A stretch of 64,000 bases of DNA from Verrucomicrobiota bacterium (GCA_027622665.1 JAQBYT010000004.1:162434-226433), one strand, 5' to 3'. Counted from the stretch's first letter, positions 46,758 through 57,981 are shown. The notes: generated by a model not told the origin, from the letters alone. Made by a program: numbers and translations.

Positions 46758-49053
46758 AGTCCAACCTCAATTGGGATTTACCCTTGGGCAAATCAAGGTT
46801 CAAAAGAAGCTCGAAGGAACTTTTGTCCGAGCCGAGGGGTCTCAAGGCATTGGGCGTTGCTGCGTTGGCATGAAGATTGAGCCGCAGGTCAGGTGTCTTG
46901 TAGATGGTTTCAGAAACCTTGTCGATTTTTCCCACCAATGCTCGAAAATGAATGGTTTGCGGTTCATCCACCTCCATCTCCAAGACACGCTTAAGCAATA
47001 CCTTGTCTTCCTTTGCCACGGAGAGAGACATGTCTTCGATCAAGACCTCGCCGATACGATAGGAGAAAGTGGGAACAAAATCTTCGTTGAGGGAATATCC
47101 AAGAAATTGGTAGCCGAGATTCTTGGGATAGAGAGGATCGGGATTTACAGGGTTCTCTTTGTTCATCACGGGAAGCAAGGGCCAAGGGTTCTCGGGGCCG
47201 GGCAAGGCGTGAAAGGAAAGGTCTTGGGCCAAGGAAATCGCCCGTGACTTTGGATTGAAGTTTCCAGCCCCCTGTCCGCCCCAACCCACGCTGACGAACT
47301 CCCCCCTCCAAAGGCCGGAAAGCGTGCCCGTTTCCGCATTAAAGGCGTAGTTGAGTCCACCGGGGAAACCCACGGCGATTCCCCGATAGCCGGCGATGCG
47401 GCTTCGTCCCCTGTAGGTTCTGACAACTTCTCCCACCTCCAGGAAAGAACCCGGAGAGTGAATCCCCGAGGGAGTGGGGGCACCTTGTCCGTATGAAAGA
47501 TAATGCCATATCGCCTGAATCTGCGCATCGGTTTTTCCTTCCAAAATATCCTTGCGAGCGCCTTTGCCGCCTGCCCAGTAGTTGGGCATCACGATTCCCG
47601 GTCGGGAATTAGCCGGGTTGAGCATGAATCGATAGAACCAACTCGGTTGCAACCGTTCGTAGGAAGTTAACAAATCAATACCTTTGAATCCAGGCGAATC
47701 CTTACCGTTGAAATTGTGACACGTTATGCAGTTCAGCCCTTTGTCTCCAATTAACTGGTGACCCGCAGATCTAATCTTTCCTCGGTCTTGTCGTTTCGGT
47801 TCTACGAATGTAATAGATTCCACCTTGTCCACTTTGGCTAGCATCTCGGGGAGGAGTATTAGGCTATCCTCTTTGAATTTAGGCATCCTCGTATGCATGT
47901 AGGGCCTAGCGGATTCTCCATCGAACATAACCTTGCGTATCCATTGAGGTTTCAACTTGGCTCCCGCTAAGGTCAGTGGGGGTGGAATTCTTGCTTCATT
48001 TCCCAAACCTTCTTCAGACGTGTGAAGGTAGGGCAGGAACGCTTTCGAGGGTCCTCCGTAGTCATCTCTCGAATGGCATGCGATGCAGTTGAATGCCGTT
48101 AAGCTCACGGCGATTTCTTCTTCCACGGAAGGTTTGCGCCTAGGACCGGCAAGCACTTTTGTTATGGCTTTTCGCTGACTGTCGGAAAGGTCGTAGTCTG
48201 GAGCCTTCTTCGGTCTTTTTGCCAAGCATCCTTTTTCTGCATTAACCTCGTCTAGCGAAGAGGTTATGCCGTTGGCCGTTTCGCCTTCGAGAGAATGACA
48301 AGCCGCGCAATTGAATTCTCGAAAGTATTTTTGCCCTTTGGTCACGAGTTCTTTGCTTATCCTCAAGGGTTTGAATGGGTACACTTTTTTGCCTAATAGA
48401 TAAGCGGCCAAATCACTCGACTCGTCCTTCGACAGCTTCATGTCGGGCATCCTTCCCGAAGGTCTAGTGAGATGGGGGTCGAACAGAAACTCGGTTAAAG
48501 AAACTTGGCTGTACTTTTCTATTACGTGCGCTAGCGAGCTCAAGCCAAGACCTTCGACTTCCTTTTCTTGTTCATTCCGAGGGGAATGGCAGGCAATGCA
48601 CCCGATGTCGTGAAATAACTTTCGTCCTGTAGCAAAGTCCCCTTGACCCACTCCGACTGCCGAAAGAGGTCGTGGGGATCTTTCCGTCAGAAAATGAGCA
48701 ATGGCCTCGGCTATTTCCTTTCTTTTCCCAGGCGAATGCCCGACAAGCATGTCGGGCATCATTACTCCGGACTGTACTTCTAATGGATTCGCGATGAACC
48801 GTTGCAAATAATCAGGACTTATTCTCGAACCGACCTCGCTCAGGTCGGGCGAATCCTTCATTTTCAGAACTCTTGGCAGTTTGTCTTTATGGCAGGCTCC
48901 GCACCGTAGTTCACCAATAAGCAGTTCGCCCACCTGCCTTTCTCCCAAGGGGTGTTTGCCATGGAGACCTACCAACACGGGAGAACTCCACAAGTCTTCT
49001 TGGACAAACGCCACGATGGTGGTTAGGCAAATTATGACCGACTTCAGTCGCAT
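46741..49053 (-). CDS. Multiheme c-type cytochrome (5 CxxCH)
   Basis: CGACH, CIACH, CAACH, CIACH and CITCH, most followed downstream by MP (distal Met) motifs; signal peptide. Confidence 0.85.
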   Translation of the reverse strand: MRLKSVIICLTTIVAFVQEDLWSSPVLVGLHGKHPLGERQVGELLIGELRCGACHKDKLPRVLKMKDSPDLSEVGSRISPDYLQRFIANPLEVQSGVMMPDMLVGHSPGKRKEIAEAIAHFLTERSPRPLSAVGVGQGDFATGRKLFHDIGCIACHSPRNEQEKEVEGLGLSSLAHVIEKYSQVSLTEFLFDPHLTRPSGRMPDMKLSKDESSDLAAYLLGKKVYPFKPLRISKELVTKGQKYFREFNCAACHSLEGETANGITSSLDEVNAEKGCLAKRPKKAPDYDLSDSQRKAITKVLAGPRRKPSVEEEIAVSLTAFNCIACHSRDDYGGPSKAFLPYLHTSEEGLGNEARIPPPLTLAGAKLKPQWIRKVMFDGESARPYMHTRMPKFKEDSLILLPEMLAKVDKVESITFVEPKRQDRGKIRSAGHQLIGDKGLNCITCHNFNGKDSPGFKGIDLLTSYERLQPSWFYRFMLNPANSRPGIVMPNYWAGGKGARKDILEGKTDAQIQAIWHYLSYGQGAPTPSGIHSPGSFLEVGEVVRTYRGRSRIAGYRGIAVGFPGGLNYAFNAETGTLSGLWRGEFVSVGWGGQGAGNFNPKSRAISLAQDLSFHALPGPENPWPLLPVMNKENPVNPDPLYPKNLGYQFLGYSLNEDFVPTFSYRIGEVLIEDMSLSVAKEDKVLLKRVLEMEVDEPQTIHFRALVGKIDKVSETIYKTPDLRLNLHANAATPNALRPLGSDKSSFELLLNLDLPKGKSQLRLDYDLLR

Positions 49054-49137
49054 CCTTTCTTTTCTAGTTATCCTTCGTAATCACGCAACAGAAAGCAAAG
49101 AATTCTTCCAGTTTAGCTTTTGATGAAAATCTTCGTG

Positions 49138-50511
49138 CTATTTGACGACGGTCAATTTTCGCTGAGGATTGTCTGCCTTCAGGCTCATGACGGCTAGCAA
49201 TATTGGGATGACGACACTTAACAAAAGAATTATTCGATAGCTTCCTGTCGCATGATGGCACCAAGCGAAGAGCAAAGGACCGATGCCACTCCCGATAACC
49301 ATGCTCGCCATATTTACTCCACCAATCGCACCTAGGTGTTTGCGTCCATAGAAGCGGGGAAAAACAATGCCGCTTAGACTTACGAAACCACCACCCGCAA
49401 TCCCGGTTCCTATTACATAGGCGGGAATGCCGCCAGGTCTGTCCAGGAAAAGCATACCTATTGCGGCGGAAAGGCAACCCAAGTTCATTACCAAGAGAAG
49501 TCTTTTTAGCTTCAACCTTGAACTAATTATTCCGAAGGTGAGATTTGTCGTAACGCTTACAAATGCGATGGGAATGAAAAGCGAAAGGATGTCCGATCTC
49601 TTGAAGCTAAGTTCCTCACCTAGTGAAACAATGTGAAAAGTAAAGGCGGTGGCATAGAGCCCAAAAAACGCTAGGGAAAGGTTGAATGCCCAGAACGAAT
49701 AATCGCGCAATGCCTCCTCGCGATTAAAATCGTGATGGATGTGCATGTCGGGGTTTTTTAAAGCCCTGTCGGTCTTCTTGCCCCCGTCCATGAGAAGACC
49801 ATCTTCCTCTGGAGTATCCCTGAAAAGTAACCAAGCCAATGGCCCCATTATGCCTATAGTGAATACACCCATTACCAACCATGCTCCATCGTAGTGGTAT
49901 CTGGAAATTAGCCAATCGAGCCATCGTGGGGCGATTGAGTAACTGAATGAAACCAGCACTCCGCTTACAGCTAGTGCTAGACCTCGCTTATGATCGAACC
50001 ATTTCCCGATTGCATTGCGGCATGTCATGGACAGCACGCCTTGAGCAGCCGCTCGAATCAGAAAAAAGCCTACTCCGATAACAAGAAAAGCGGCAATCCC
50101 CGAAGGTAAGACTTTGGCAAGGGCACTGCTCAGTTGGACGCTGTTTGCCAGAAAGAGTAGAACGATTCCCGTGGACACAGTTGAAGCCACTGCCATTTTC
50201 CTTTCCCCCCAGCGGTCAAGTACTCGACCTAGCCATGGTAGAGAGAAACCGCTTGCGACTGTGCCTAAGCAGTAGGCGAGGCTCAGTTCAATGCGACTTA
50301 GGCCCAGTTCCTTGATCAAAATATCGGTGAATACACTGAACCCCATCGTTTGTCCAGGGATACTGAAAATCGATCCTAATGTGGCTGCAAACACGATCAC
50401 CCACCCATAAAAAAATGGGCAATTGCTAGGGGCAAAAGGTGTTCGGACTCCCCAAATGCCGTTGGTGGAGGGGCGATGGCTTGACGAATCAGCGGGCAAG
50501 GTCAAACACAA
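49138..50511 (-). CDS. MFS transporter
   Basis: FFYGWVIV, motif A GRVLDRWGER, WFDHKRGLA, about 12 hydrophobic segments. Confidence 0.9.
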   Translation of the reverse strand: MCLTLPADSSSHRPSTNGIWGVRTPFAPSNCPFFYGWVIVFAATLGSIFSIPGQTMGFSVFTDILIKELGLSRIELSLAYCLGTVASGFSLPWLGRVLDRWGERKMAVASTVSTGIVLLFLANSVQLSSALAKVLPSGIAAFLVIGVGFFLIRAAAQGVLSMTCRNAIGKWFDHKRGLALAVSGVLVSFSYSIAPRWLDWLISRYHYDGAWLVMGVFTIGIMGPLAWLLFRDTPEEDGLLMDGGKKTDRALKNPDMHIHHDFNREEALRDYSFWAFNLSLAFFGLYATAFTFHIVSLGEELSFKRSDILSLFIPIAFVSVTTNLTFGIISSRLKLKRLLLVMNLGCLSAAIGMLFLDRPGGIPAYVIGTGIAGGGFVSLSGIVFPRFYGRKHLGAIGGVNMASMVIGSGIGPLLFAWCHHATGSYRIILLLSVVIPILLAVMSLKADNPQRKLTVVK

Positions 50512-50563
50512 GGCCGAGAGGCATCCTTTTCAAATGTGAGAGAAGCCTTTTCTCTAAGTTCAA

Positions 50564-51517
50564 TCAATGGGTTACCAACTCGACGCCATAAAACTTCGAT
50601 GCGTTTTTCCAGTAGAGTTTTTCTAGCGTCGCGCGCCCCATGGGTTTGAAGAACTCGTTGATGATGCTTAGTTGCTCCTCGTATTTACCGCCACTATCCG
50701 TAACTGGCCAATTGCTTCCATAAATAATGCGATCTTCTCCGAAGGCATCGTAAATCACTTTGAAGATGGGTGCATAATACGAGAGCTCTTTTGGTGCGGG
50801 GCTCTGCCCGCTGCGCTGGAAAATGCCGCTCACTTTGCAATGCACATTGGCATGGACCGCCGCTTTCTTGACCGCCGCGGACCACTCTGCATCCGCCGGA
50901 TCGCCAGTAATGGTCAGGCCGGTCAAGTGATTGATCAGAATCTTCAGAGTCGGCACCCGTTCCGCTATCAGAGAAACGTCCGCCAAGTCGAAATTCGACA
51001 TCAATACGTCCAGCGTCAGTCTTTTTTCAGCAAGCATTTGCAGGTCGCGCCAAACAGCGTCCGTGAAGAAGTATTCACCTCCCGGTCGTTGACGCATGCG
51101 TAACCCGACAAATCGTTTATCCTTGGCGAAGCGATTCAATAACCCGGCGAATTCCTCGGTCCCAATTGGAAGGTTGCCGACCAATCCAAGGTAACGTTCC
51201 GGATTGTGCTTCACCAAGTCGAGCGCCCACTGGTTGTCTTCCACCCGGTCACTCGCCTCGACAATCACGGTGGCCGTAATTTCGTTAGCTTCGCAGATCG
51301 CGTCGAAGTCTTCTGACAGGACGGGCCGATAAAGCACTTTATCTGTGATTGGAGGCCATGGAACACCTTCTGATCTGTTGGTGTCGTACAGATGAATGTG
51401 GGTGTCTATAACTGGGATGGCGGCGGACTCGCTCGCTGGCTTTTCCGCACCACAACCAAAGAGCAATGCAATTGCCGAACAGAGTATGGTTAGTTGAACT
51501 TGGATGCTTGTGGTCAT
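50564..51517 (-). CDS. Amidohydrolase family protein (sugar-lactonase-like), probable lipoprotein
   Basis: IDTHIH, INHL, CKVSG, IIYGSNWPV; LLFGC lipobox. Confidence 0.85.
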   Translation of the reverse strand: MTTSIQVQLTILCSAIALLFGCGAEKPASESAAIPVIDTHIHLYDTNRSEGVPWPPITDKVLYRPVLSEDFDAICEANEITATVIVEASDRVEDNQWALDLVKHNPERYLGLVGNLPIGTEEFAGLLNRFAKDKRFVGLRMRQRPGGEYFFTDAVWRDLQMLAEKRLTLDVLMSNFDLADVSLIAERVPTLKILINHLTGLTITGDPADAEWSAAVKKAAVHANVHCKVSGIFQRSGQSPAPKELSYYAPIFKVIYDAFGEDRIIYGSNWPVTDSGGKYEEQLSIINEFFKPMGRATLEKLYWKNASKFYGVELVTH

Positions 51518-51604
51518 GTCGGATTTAGATTTTTTTAGATTAGTTTTCATTTCACAAAAGAGGGTAGGGCTTAAGGCATGCAAGAGGGCTTCGATGACTT
51601 GGCT

Positions 51605-53032
51605 CTATTTCTTCTCGGTATTAGGTTTGGGCATCTTGGCTCCAATCGATTTCAAATGGGCGAGGAGCCGTGCGTTCAACTCCTTCACCTTGCCGGGCAT
51701 TTCGGAGGCCAAGTTATTCTTTTCGCCAAGATCGTCCTTTAAATTAAAGAGTTCCATCGGACCTTCATAGAAATGGATTAATTTCCAAGAGCCTTCCCTA
51801 ATGATACTATAAGGTCCGGGATTGTGCCGGTAGTGCGGAAAGTGCCAGTAGATCGCCTTTCGGTTCAGTGACTTCTTACCACCTGATGCCAGATGGTCCA
51901 CCAAAGATGTTCCGTCAATCTCAACCCCCTTTGGCAAGTCCACACGGGCTGCTTCTGCAATGGTGGGCAGGTAGTCCACACTGGTCACCGGTTCGGAACT
52001 GGTGGTCCCCGCCTTGACTGTCCCTGGCCATTTGACGATCAGCGGCACACGGATGCCGCCCTCGTAGGCGTATCCTTTGCCCGAGCGTAATGGCGCATTG
52101 TTAGTGGGGCCCAGCAGGCCGCCGTTGTCGGAGGTGAAGATGATCACCGTGCGGTCGGCGATGTCGTGCTTCTCGAGAGTCTCCATTATTCGTCCGGCGC
52201 AATCGTCGACCGACTCCACCATGGCGGCGTACTTGGCGTTCTTCTGGTTTGTCTTGGCTTTGGCTTCGTACTTTGCCGTAACTTCGGCTTTGGCCTGAAT
52301 TGGCGTATGGACGGCGTAGTTGTCCATGTTGAGGAAAAATGGCTTTTGCTTGTGTTCCTCGATGAATGCAACTGCTTCCTCCGCCTCGCGATCGGACAAG
52401 TACTGGCCTTTCTTTCGACCGGCCAGATGGGGTATGCCGGCCCGGATCATGGGATGCCGACCTTTGGGTTGATTAAAAGGGTCGAAGTAATTAGGGGGCT
52501 GACCGTAGTCGCAACCACCGAAATTAAAGTCGTAACCCTGTTTCTGTGGATACCAGTCGTCAGCCCCCAAGTGCCATTTTCCGATATGGCAACTGACATA
52601 GCCTGCAGGCTTCAGCAACTCGGCTATAGTCACTTCTGCAGATTCCATCCATAAAGCGTTCTTGGGCACTAGAAACTTTCGGTTGCGGCCACCCGTATAG
52701 CCGCTGGGGTTTTTCTTGTCGGCAGGGATGGTTCCGCCTTGGAAACGGGAGCGTATCCAATCGGTGACTCCGAGACGACCAGGATATCGGCCAGTCTGCA
52801 CGGCGGCACGGGTAGGAGAACATACGGCGCAGGCTGCATAGGCGTCAGTGAAGCGCATGCCTTCTGATGCCAACCGGTCGAGGTGAGGAGTTTCGTAGTA
52901 CTTGCTTCCTTGACAGGAGAGGTCCATCCAGCCGAGGTCGTCGACTAGGATGAGGACGAAGTTCAAGGGTTTGGCGGCGCCTGCGCCGATGGAAAGGAGA
53001 AGGAAAAGGGATGTGGAAAAGAAAACTTTCAT
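51605..53032 (-). CDS. Sulfatase (Cys-type, S1)
   Basis: DDLGW, CSPTR, GKWHLG, SDNGG. Confidence 0.95.
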   Translation of the reverse strand: MKVFFSTSLFLLLSIGAGAAKPLNFVLILVDDLGWMDLSCQGSKYYETPHLDRLASEGMRFTDAYAACAVCSPTRAAVQTGRYPGRLGVTDWIRSRFQGGTIPADKKNPSGYTGGRNRKFLVPKNALWMESAEVTIAELLKPAGYVSCHIGKWHLGADDWYPQKQGYDFNFGGCDYGQPPNYFDPFNQPKGRHPMIRAGIPHLAGRKKGQYLSDREAEEAVAFIEEHKQKPFFLNMDNYAVHTPIQAKAEVTAKYEAKAKTNQKNAKYAAMVESVDDCAGRIMETLEKHDIADRTVIIFTSDNGGLLGPTNNAPLRSGKGYAYEGGIRVPLIVKWPGTVKAGTTSSEPVTSVDYLPTIAEAARVDLPKGVEIDGTSLVDHLASGGKKSLNRKAIYWHFPHYRHNPGPYSIIREGSWKLIHFYEGPMELFNLKDDLGEKNNLASEMPGKVKELNARLLAHLKSIGAKMPKPNTEKK

Positions 53033-53050
53033 TTTTTATTGGGTTCCCTA

Positions 53051-54355
53051 TTAGCGACGTTCATCCGGGCGGTATGCGGGCAATTTCTCGGTCAACTCAC
53101 GTAACTCGGCTACGACTTTCGGGTGCTTCTTGGCTAGGTTGGTAGTTTCCCCCAAATCCTTTTCTAAGTCGTAAAGTTCCTCTTCCACCGGGCGATCCTC
53201 TTCCCTTGCGTACCCATAGAAGTGGGCTTTTGCCTTCAGGTATTTCCACTTTCCCTTACGGATGCCGGCCCGGTCAAAGTAAAAAGTTTCTCGTCCCATG
53301 TCCGATTTTCCTAGCAGCAAGTCGGTCTGGTCGATTCCGTCGATCACGCGATCGTCAGGAATCTTGAAACCACTTAGGTTGGCAAAGGTAGGCATGAAGT
53401 CGATGGTGGCGAAGACCGCATCCGATTCACGATTTGCAGGGACTTTGTCCGGCCAACGAACAATGCAGGGCAGGCGGTATCCTCCCTCGTAGCAGGAACC
53501 CTTTCCGTTGCGCAGTGGACCGGATGATCCCCAAAAGATCGAACCTTTGGGATGTCCCTTCTTATTCTTGGTGTACTTGTCCTGATTCCAAGGACCGTTG
53601 TCCGAGGTGTAGATCACCAAGGTGTTTTTGGTAAGTCCCAACTCTTCCAACGCGTCGAGCAAACGCCCGGTTTCGTAGTCGAATTCCTCCACCACGTCCC
53701 CATATAGACCACCCTTTGATTTACCCCTAAAGCGATCGGACGCATCAATAATGGTATGCATCATGGTATGGGCCAAGTATAGGACGAAAGGCTTTTTCGG
53801 GTCGCGCTTTTCCTTCAGGAACTCGATCGACTTGTCCGTGTAAAGAGTGATCAACTCTCCCATGTCCCTAGTGGACCCCGCGGCCTTGTTGTTCTCGTGA
53901 AACTTGACACCTCCTCCATCGTTTGCCCCGAGTGTTCCGAAGTAGTAATCAAAACCTTGGGCATTTGGCATTCGGTTGATGATCGCCTTGCGGTTGGATA
54001 CGTCCCACTTGCCTATGCAGGCGGTCTGGTAGCCCCCCTCGCGCATCAACTCCCCAAAAGTGATCTCACTGGCGGGCATTCCCCATCCCTTGCTGCGACA
54101 AGGATAGCGACCTGTCAGCAAGGCGGAACGAGAGGGTCCGCAAACCGTCTGGGTATAGAAGGAAGTAAAGCGCGTTCCTTCCTTGGCTAGTTGATCCAGT
54201 CGAGGCGTCTTGGTCTTTGGGTTCCCGTAGCAAGCCAAGTCGCCATAGCCTTGGTCGTCGGTAAATATTACTAGTATATTCGGACTATTGGCCGGCAATA
54301 ACTGAACAAAAATTGTTAGAAGCAGTAGTTTGAGGATGGTGAGTCTTCTTTTCAT
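53051..54355 (-). CDS. Sulfatase (Cys-type, S1)
   Basis: DDQGYGD, CGPSR, GKWD (variant), SDNGP. Confidence 0.93.
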   Translation of the reverse strand: MKRRLTILKLLLLTIFVQLLPANSPNILVIFTDDQGYGDLACYGNPKTKTPRLDQLAKEGTRFTSFYTQTVCGPSRSALLTGRYPCRSKGWGMPASEITFGELMREGGYQTACIGKWDVSNRKAIINRMPNAQGFDYYFGTLGANDGGGVKFHENNKAAGSTRDMGELITLYTDKSIEFLKEKRDPKKPFVLYLAHTMMHTIIDASDRFRGKSKGGLYGDVVEEFDYETGRLLDALEELGLTKNTLVIYTSDNGPWNQDKYTKNKKGHPKGSIFWGSSGPLRNGKGSCYEGGYRLPCIVRWPDKVPANRESDAVFATIDFMPTFANLSGFKIPDDRVIDGIDQTDLLLGKSDMGRETFYFDRAGIRKGKWKYLKAKAHFYGYAREEDRPVEEELYDLEKDLGETTNLAKKHPKVVAELRELTEKLPAYRPDERR

Positions 54356-54484
54356 GCTCGGAAGCAAATAAGCGTATGGAGAAGGTTACAAGAACCAAGG
54401 AGAGTCTAGTTCACAGTATTGATTATTTTGGAAAGTCAATTGATGTAGCTTAACGCATCATAGGAGAGGGGCAATGTCACTGCC

Positions 54485-55009
54485 TCACCGGAGTCGCTTT
54501 TGACCTTTTCCGGCGAGTGCGTACCACTCGTCTTTGGTTGCTCTGGAGTGTTGATATTCCATCATGATTTTCCATCCATCCTCACCTTTGAGAAGCAATG
54601 CCTGGAAGTTGACGTAATCCTTTTTCCACAAGCCTTCGGAGTCCGTAAAGGAATAGAGAAAGATTCCAGTCTCATGGGCGGTCGTTTCGTCGCCTAATCG
54701 TTGGGGAAACCTGAATTCTACCTTCGCCTCGACTTCGCCCGCCTTGGTAGCTGTGAACTCTTTTTTCCAGCGAATCAAAGCCTTCGAGAGTGGATAACAG
54801 GTCTTTTTTGTTCCGGAAACAAGAACACCTTTTTCGTGACAAGTAGCTTTATAGCCCTCGAAGTCTCCTTCGCGAACCGCTCTTGAAACTTCGGCCCAGT
54901 AGGCATCCAACTCGGCGAATCTGACCTTCTCTTCCTCTGCGGCGAATGTCGTTTGAGAGTTGTACGACAAGATCAACAGGAAACTGAGGTATATCGGAGA
55001 TATTTTCAT
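54485..55009 (-). CDS. NTF2-like/DUF4440-type secreted protein
   Basis: Signal peptide, WAEVSRAVREGDFEGY, GWKIMMEYQ. Confidence 0.7.
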   Translation of the reverse strand: MKISPIYLSFLLILSYNSQTTFAAEEEKVRFAELDAYWAEVSRAVREGDFEGYKATCHEKGVLVSGTKKTCYPLSKALIRWKKEFTATKAGEVEAKVEFRFPQRLGDETTAHETGIFLYSFTDSEGLWKKDYVNFQALLLKGEDGWKIMMEYQHSRATKDEWYALAGKGQKRLR

Positions 55010-55089
55010 GGTATGAGTGAGAGCAAAAACCATTCTCGTGAGTCTACACTTCCGATATCGTTTAACTTGCTCCACAAATTGCGAATACA

Positions 55090-55713
55090 TTATTTTCTTG
55101 GAGATTCGACCTCGCGGATCACGATATTCTTGAACTCGACATGCATGTCTTGTCCACCGTGTAATTGTAGTCCGAAGTAACCTTTAATGCGGCCGCGGTC
55201 GTTCTTTAACTCGGAGGAAATGATCCCGTTGATCTTTACGACAACGTCTCTGCCGATTGCACTCAGTTCGAGGTCGGTCCATTCACCACTCTTGTAGGCT
55301 CGCTTTTTGACGGTTTCGGGGGATGGTTTATTCACCCATGCTCGACCGCCCGTCTCGTACAGACCTCCCGTTTCCTGAGTGGTGTCTATTTCCACTTGAA
55401 AACCGTTGACGCTCACTGCGCTTTTTACCCGCTTTGCACGAAAGTAAAACCCACTGTCACCAGAGTGAACGCGGAACTTCGCCTTCACTACGAAGTCCGT
55501 AAACTGCTTGTCCGTAAGAAGTATGCCATGTCGCCTTTCTGTTTTAGGACTGGTACCGACAATTGCACCGTCTTTAACTTCCCACTTTCCGCCGGGGGCA
55601 GGAGTCCAGCCATTGAGGGTCTTGCCATCGAAAAGTGTTTTAAAATCATTGTTTTCAGCCGGTGCCAGGTACTGAAAGGATAGTAGGGCGAAAATACAGA
55701 GGAGGTTCTTCAT
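55090..55713 (-). CDS. DUF1080 domain protein
   Basis: LFDGKTLNGW, GDSGFYFR, GLQLHGG, FKNIVIRE. Confidence 0.92.
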   Translation of the reverse strand: MKNLLCIFALLSFQYLAPAENNDFKTLFDGKTLNGWTPAPGGKWEVKDGAIVGTSPKTERRHGILLTDKQFTDFVVKAKFRVHSGDSGFYFRAKRVKSAVSVNGFQVEIDTTQETGGLYETGGRAWVNKPSPETVKKRAYKSGEWTDLELSAIGRDVVVKINGIISSELKNDRGRIKGYFGLQLHGGQDMHVEFKNIVIREVESPRK

Positions 55714-55782
55714 GATATTATTGGGATTGAAGGTCTGTTCGAATCATTTTGCCTGTCTTCACTAATTGGCAGGCTACTTGTA

Positions 55783-57981
55783 TCAGATTTCCAGAATACG
55801 CAGGTTGCGAAAACGGTAAAGGCCTTCCTTCGAGTGGTGTTGCAAACCGATTGTTCCGCTCTTGTGCGTGTTATCCTTGATGTCGCTTGAAAGCTGCCCG
55901 TTGATCCAAGTCTTGATGTGATTGCCTTTGCAGTGGACCCGAATTTGATTCCATTTGCCCGGTTGGAGAAAAGTGGCCGTACGTTTCACGAAGCCATCGA
56001 TTTTATCCTGCTCCTCCGGAGGATTCATCCAACCAACCCCGATGTCGAAAATACCGCCGCTTCTAATGTCCGAGATTTCGCTTTGGTAGCCTTGGGGCAA
56101 GTCTTTCCCCTTGGGCAACACGCAGCGAAAACCTACTCCGGAATCAAAATCCTTTGCGGGCATCTTGGCCTCCAGTTCGAGTATGAAGTCGGCATACTCC
56201 TTTTCGTGCAAATAAAACACTTGAGGGTCGGGCGATAGATGGATTTCGCCGTTTACCACCTTGATACTATCGTTGTCTGGCTTGTTCCAACCGTTCAGCG
56301 ATATCCCGTCGAACAGGGAGATCCATCCCTTGTTGCCTAGACCAACTTCGAAGGTGCCGAATTCCGGCCAAGGTGGAAACAAGGTCTCTCCCTTTCGCAG
56401 TTTTGGGGCAGGAGGCACCTTGTATTGCTTTCGTAACTTGGCCAGCTCACCCTTCATGTGCATGAGAGTGGCGGCGTACTTTGGGTCGTCGTGAACCGAC
56501 TTCATTTCCTTGGGGTCCTTCTTGAGGTCAAAGAGTTCCCATTCGTCGAGGTCGTAGAAGTGCATCAACTTATAGCGACTGTTTCGTACCCCGTCATGTC
56601 GGCGAACGGCGTGATATTCGGGAAAACAATAATAGTGGTAGTAAATGGAATCTCGCCAGTCCTTGGGTTCCTTGCCCTCGAACAGGGGCTTGAGGCTTTT
56701 GCCCTGCATATCGGATGGTTGGTCCAGACCCGCCAAGTCGAGAAAGGTTTGGGCGAAGTCCAAGTTGGACACCATCTGCTTGTTCACGGTGCCTGGTTTA
56801 GCCACACCCGGCCAGCGAACCAGCAACGGGGTTTTCAACGATTCCTCGTACATGAAACGCTTGTCGAACCACCCATGCTCGCCGAGGAAGAAGCCTTGGT
56901 CCGAGGCATAGATCACCACCGTGTCGTCGGCCAACCCGGACTCGTCCAAGTAATCGAGCATCGACCCCACCGATTCGTCGAGAGACTTGATGCAAGCCAG
57001 GTAATCAGCCATGTACCTTTGGTATTTCCAACGCACAAGGTCGTCCCCCTGCGGGCGTTTTTCAAGAACGTCTGCCCGTATCCTGTCATAGACCTCGTTC
57101 CATTTCTTTTTCTGATCCTCGTTCATGCGGTCCTGACGGAAAGGTACCATCTTGTTGTCGAGGGCCAGATCCATGGTGACGCGTAAGGTCATGTCCTGAG
57201 TTTGGGCTGGCGTTCCCCGGCCCTTGTAGTCATCGAACAAATTCTTCGGCTCCGGATAGTCCTTGGCGACGTATTCGTCGAGCAGGTGAACGGGGGGCAA
57301 CCAAAAGCGGTGAGGAGCCTTGTGCTGGACCATGAGCATGAAAGGTTTGTCCTTGTCCCGGCCCTTCTCCAACCAGTCGATCGATTTGCTCACCACGGCC
57401 TCGGTGACGTATTCTCCGGGCGTTCCGGCAACCAATCCCTTCGGAGTCCTGAAGTCAGGGGCGTAATAGGTTCCTTGTCCTGGTAGGATGTTCCAGAGAT
57501 CAAAGCCTTGGGGGTCTGTGCCCAAGTGCCATTTTCCAATCACCGCGGTCTGGTAGCCACCCTTTTGCAAAAGCTTTGGAAAAGTCTGCTGATTGCCGTC
57601 GAAACGGTGCTCGTTTTCCATGAACCCATTCAGGTGGGAATGTTTGCCTGTCTGGATGACCGCTCGGCTGGGCCCGCAAAGCGCATTGGTAACGAAACAG
57701 TTGTCGAAGCGTATGCCTTCCTTGGCTATGCGGTCTAAATTAGGTGTAGGGGCGATGTCCTTGAGACGACCGCCGTAAGCGGATACGGCCTCGTAGGAAT
57801 GATCGTCGGAAAAAATGAATACGATGTTCGGCCGTTTCTTACTGGGGGAATCAGATTTCGGTTTCTTTGGATCGGCTTTGGTGACCTTCTCCGATGTGGC
57901 TTTCGAAGAATCTGGGGCAGGTTTGTTCGAACAGCCGTAACCGAAGGCGAATGTCAGGAGGATTATACAGGTCGTTCTCAT
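55783..57981 (-). CDS. Sulfatase (N-acetylglucosamine-6-sulfatase-like) fused to C-terminal DUF1080; lipoprotein
   Basis: GYGC lipobox, [24 protein letters not shown]; then WISLFDG...DSGVGFR...GLQHH...FRNLRILE. Confidence 0.9.
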   Translation of the reverse strand: MRTTCIILLTFAFGYGCSNKPAPDSSKATSEKVTKADPKKPKSDSPSKKRPNIVFIFSDDHSYEAVSAYGGRLKDIAPTPNLDRIAKEGIRFDNCFVTNALCGPSRAVIQTGKHSHLNGFMENEHRFDGNQQTFPKLLQKGGYQTAVIGKWHLGTDPQGFDLWNILPGQGTYYAPDFRTPKGLVAGTPGEYVTEAVVSKSIDWLEKGRDKDKPFMLMVQHKAPHRFWLPPVHLLDEYVAKDYPEPKNLFDDYKGRGTPAQTQDMTLRVTMDLALDNKMVPFRQDRMNEDQKKKWNEVYDRIRADVLEKRPQGDDLVRWKYQRYMADYLACIKSLDESVGSMLDYLDESGLADDTVVIYASDQGFFLGEHGWFDKRFMYEESLKTPLLVRWPGVAKPGTVNKQMVSNLDFAQTFLDLAGLDQPSDMQGKSLKPLFEGKEPKDWRDSIYYHYYCFPEYHAVRRHDGVRNSRYKLMHFYDLDEWELFDLKKDPKEMKSVHDDPKYAATLMHMKGELAKLRKQYKVPPAPKLRKGETLFPPWPEFGTFEVGLGNKGWISLFDGISLNGWNKPDNDSIKVVNGEIHLSPDPQVFYLHEKEYADFILELEAKMPAKDFDSGVGFRCVLPKGKDLPQGYQSEISDIRSGGIFDIGVGWMNPPEEQDKIDGFVKRTATFLQPGKWNQIRVHCKGNHIKTWINGQLSSDIKDNTHKSGTIGLQHHSKEGLYRFRNLRILEI

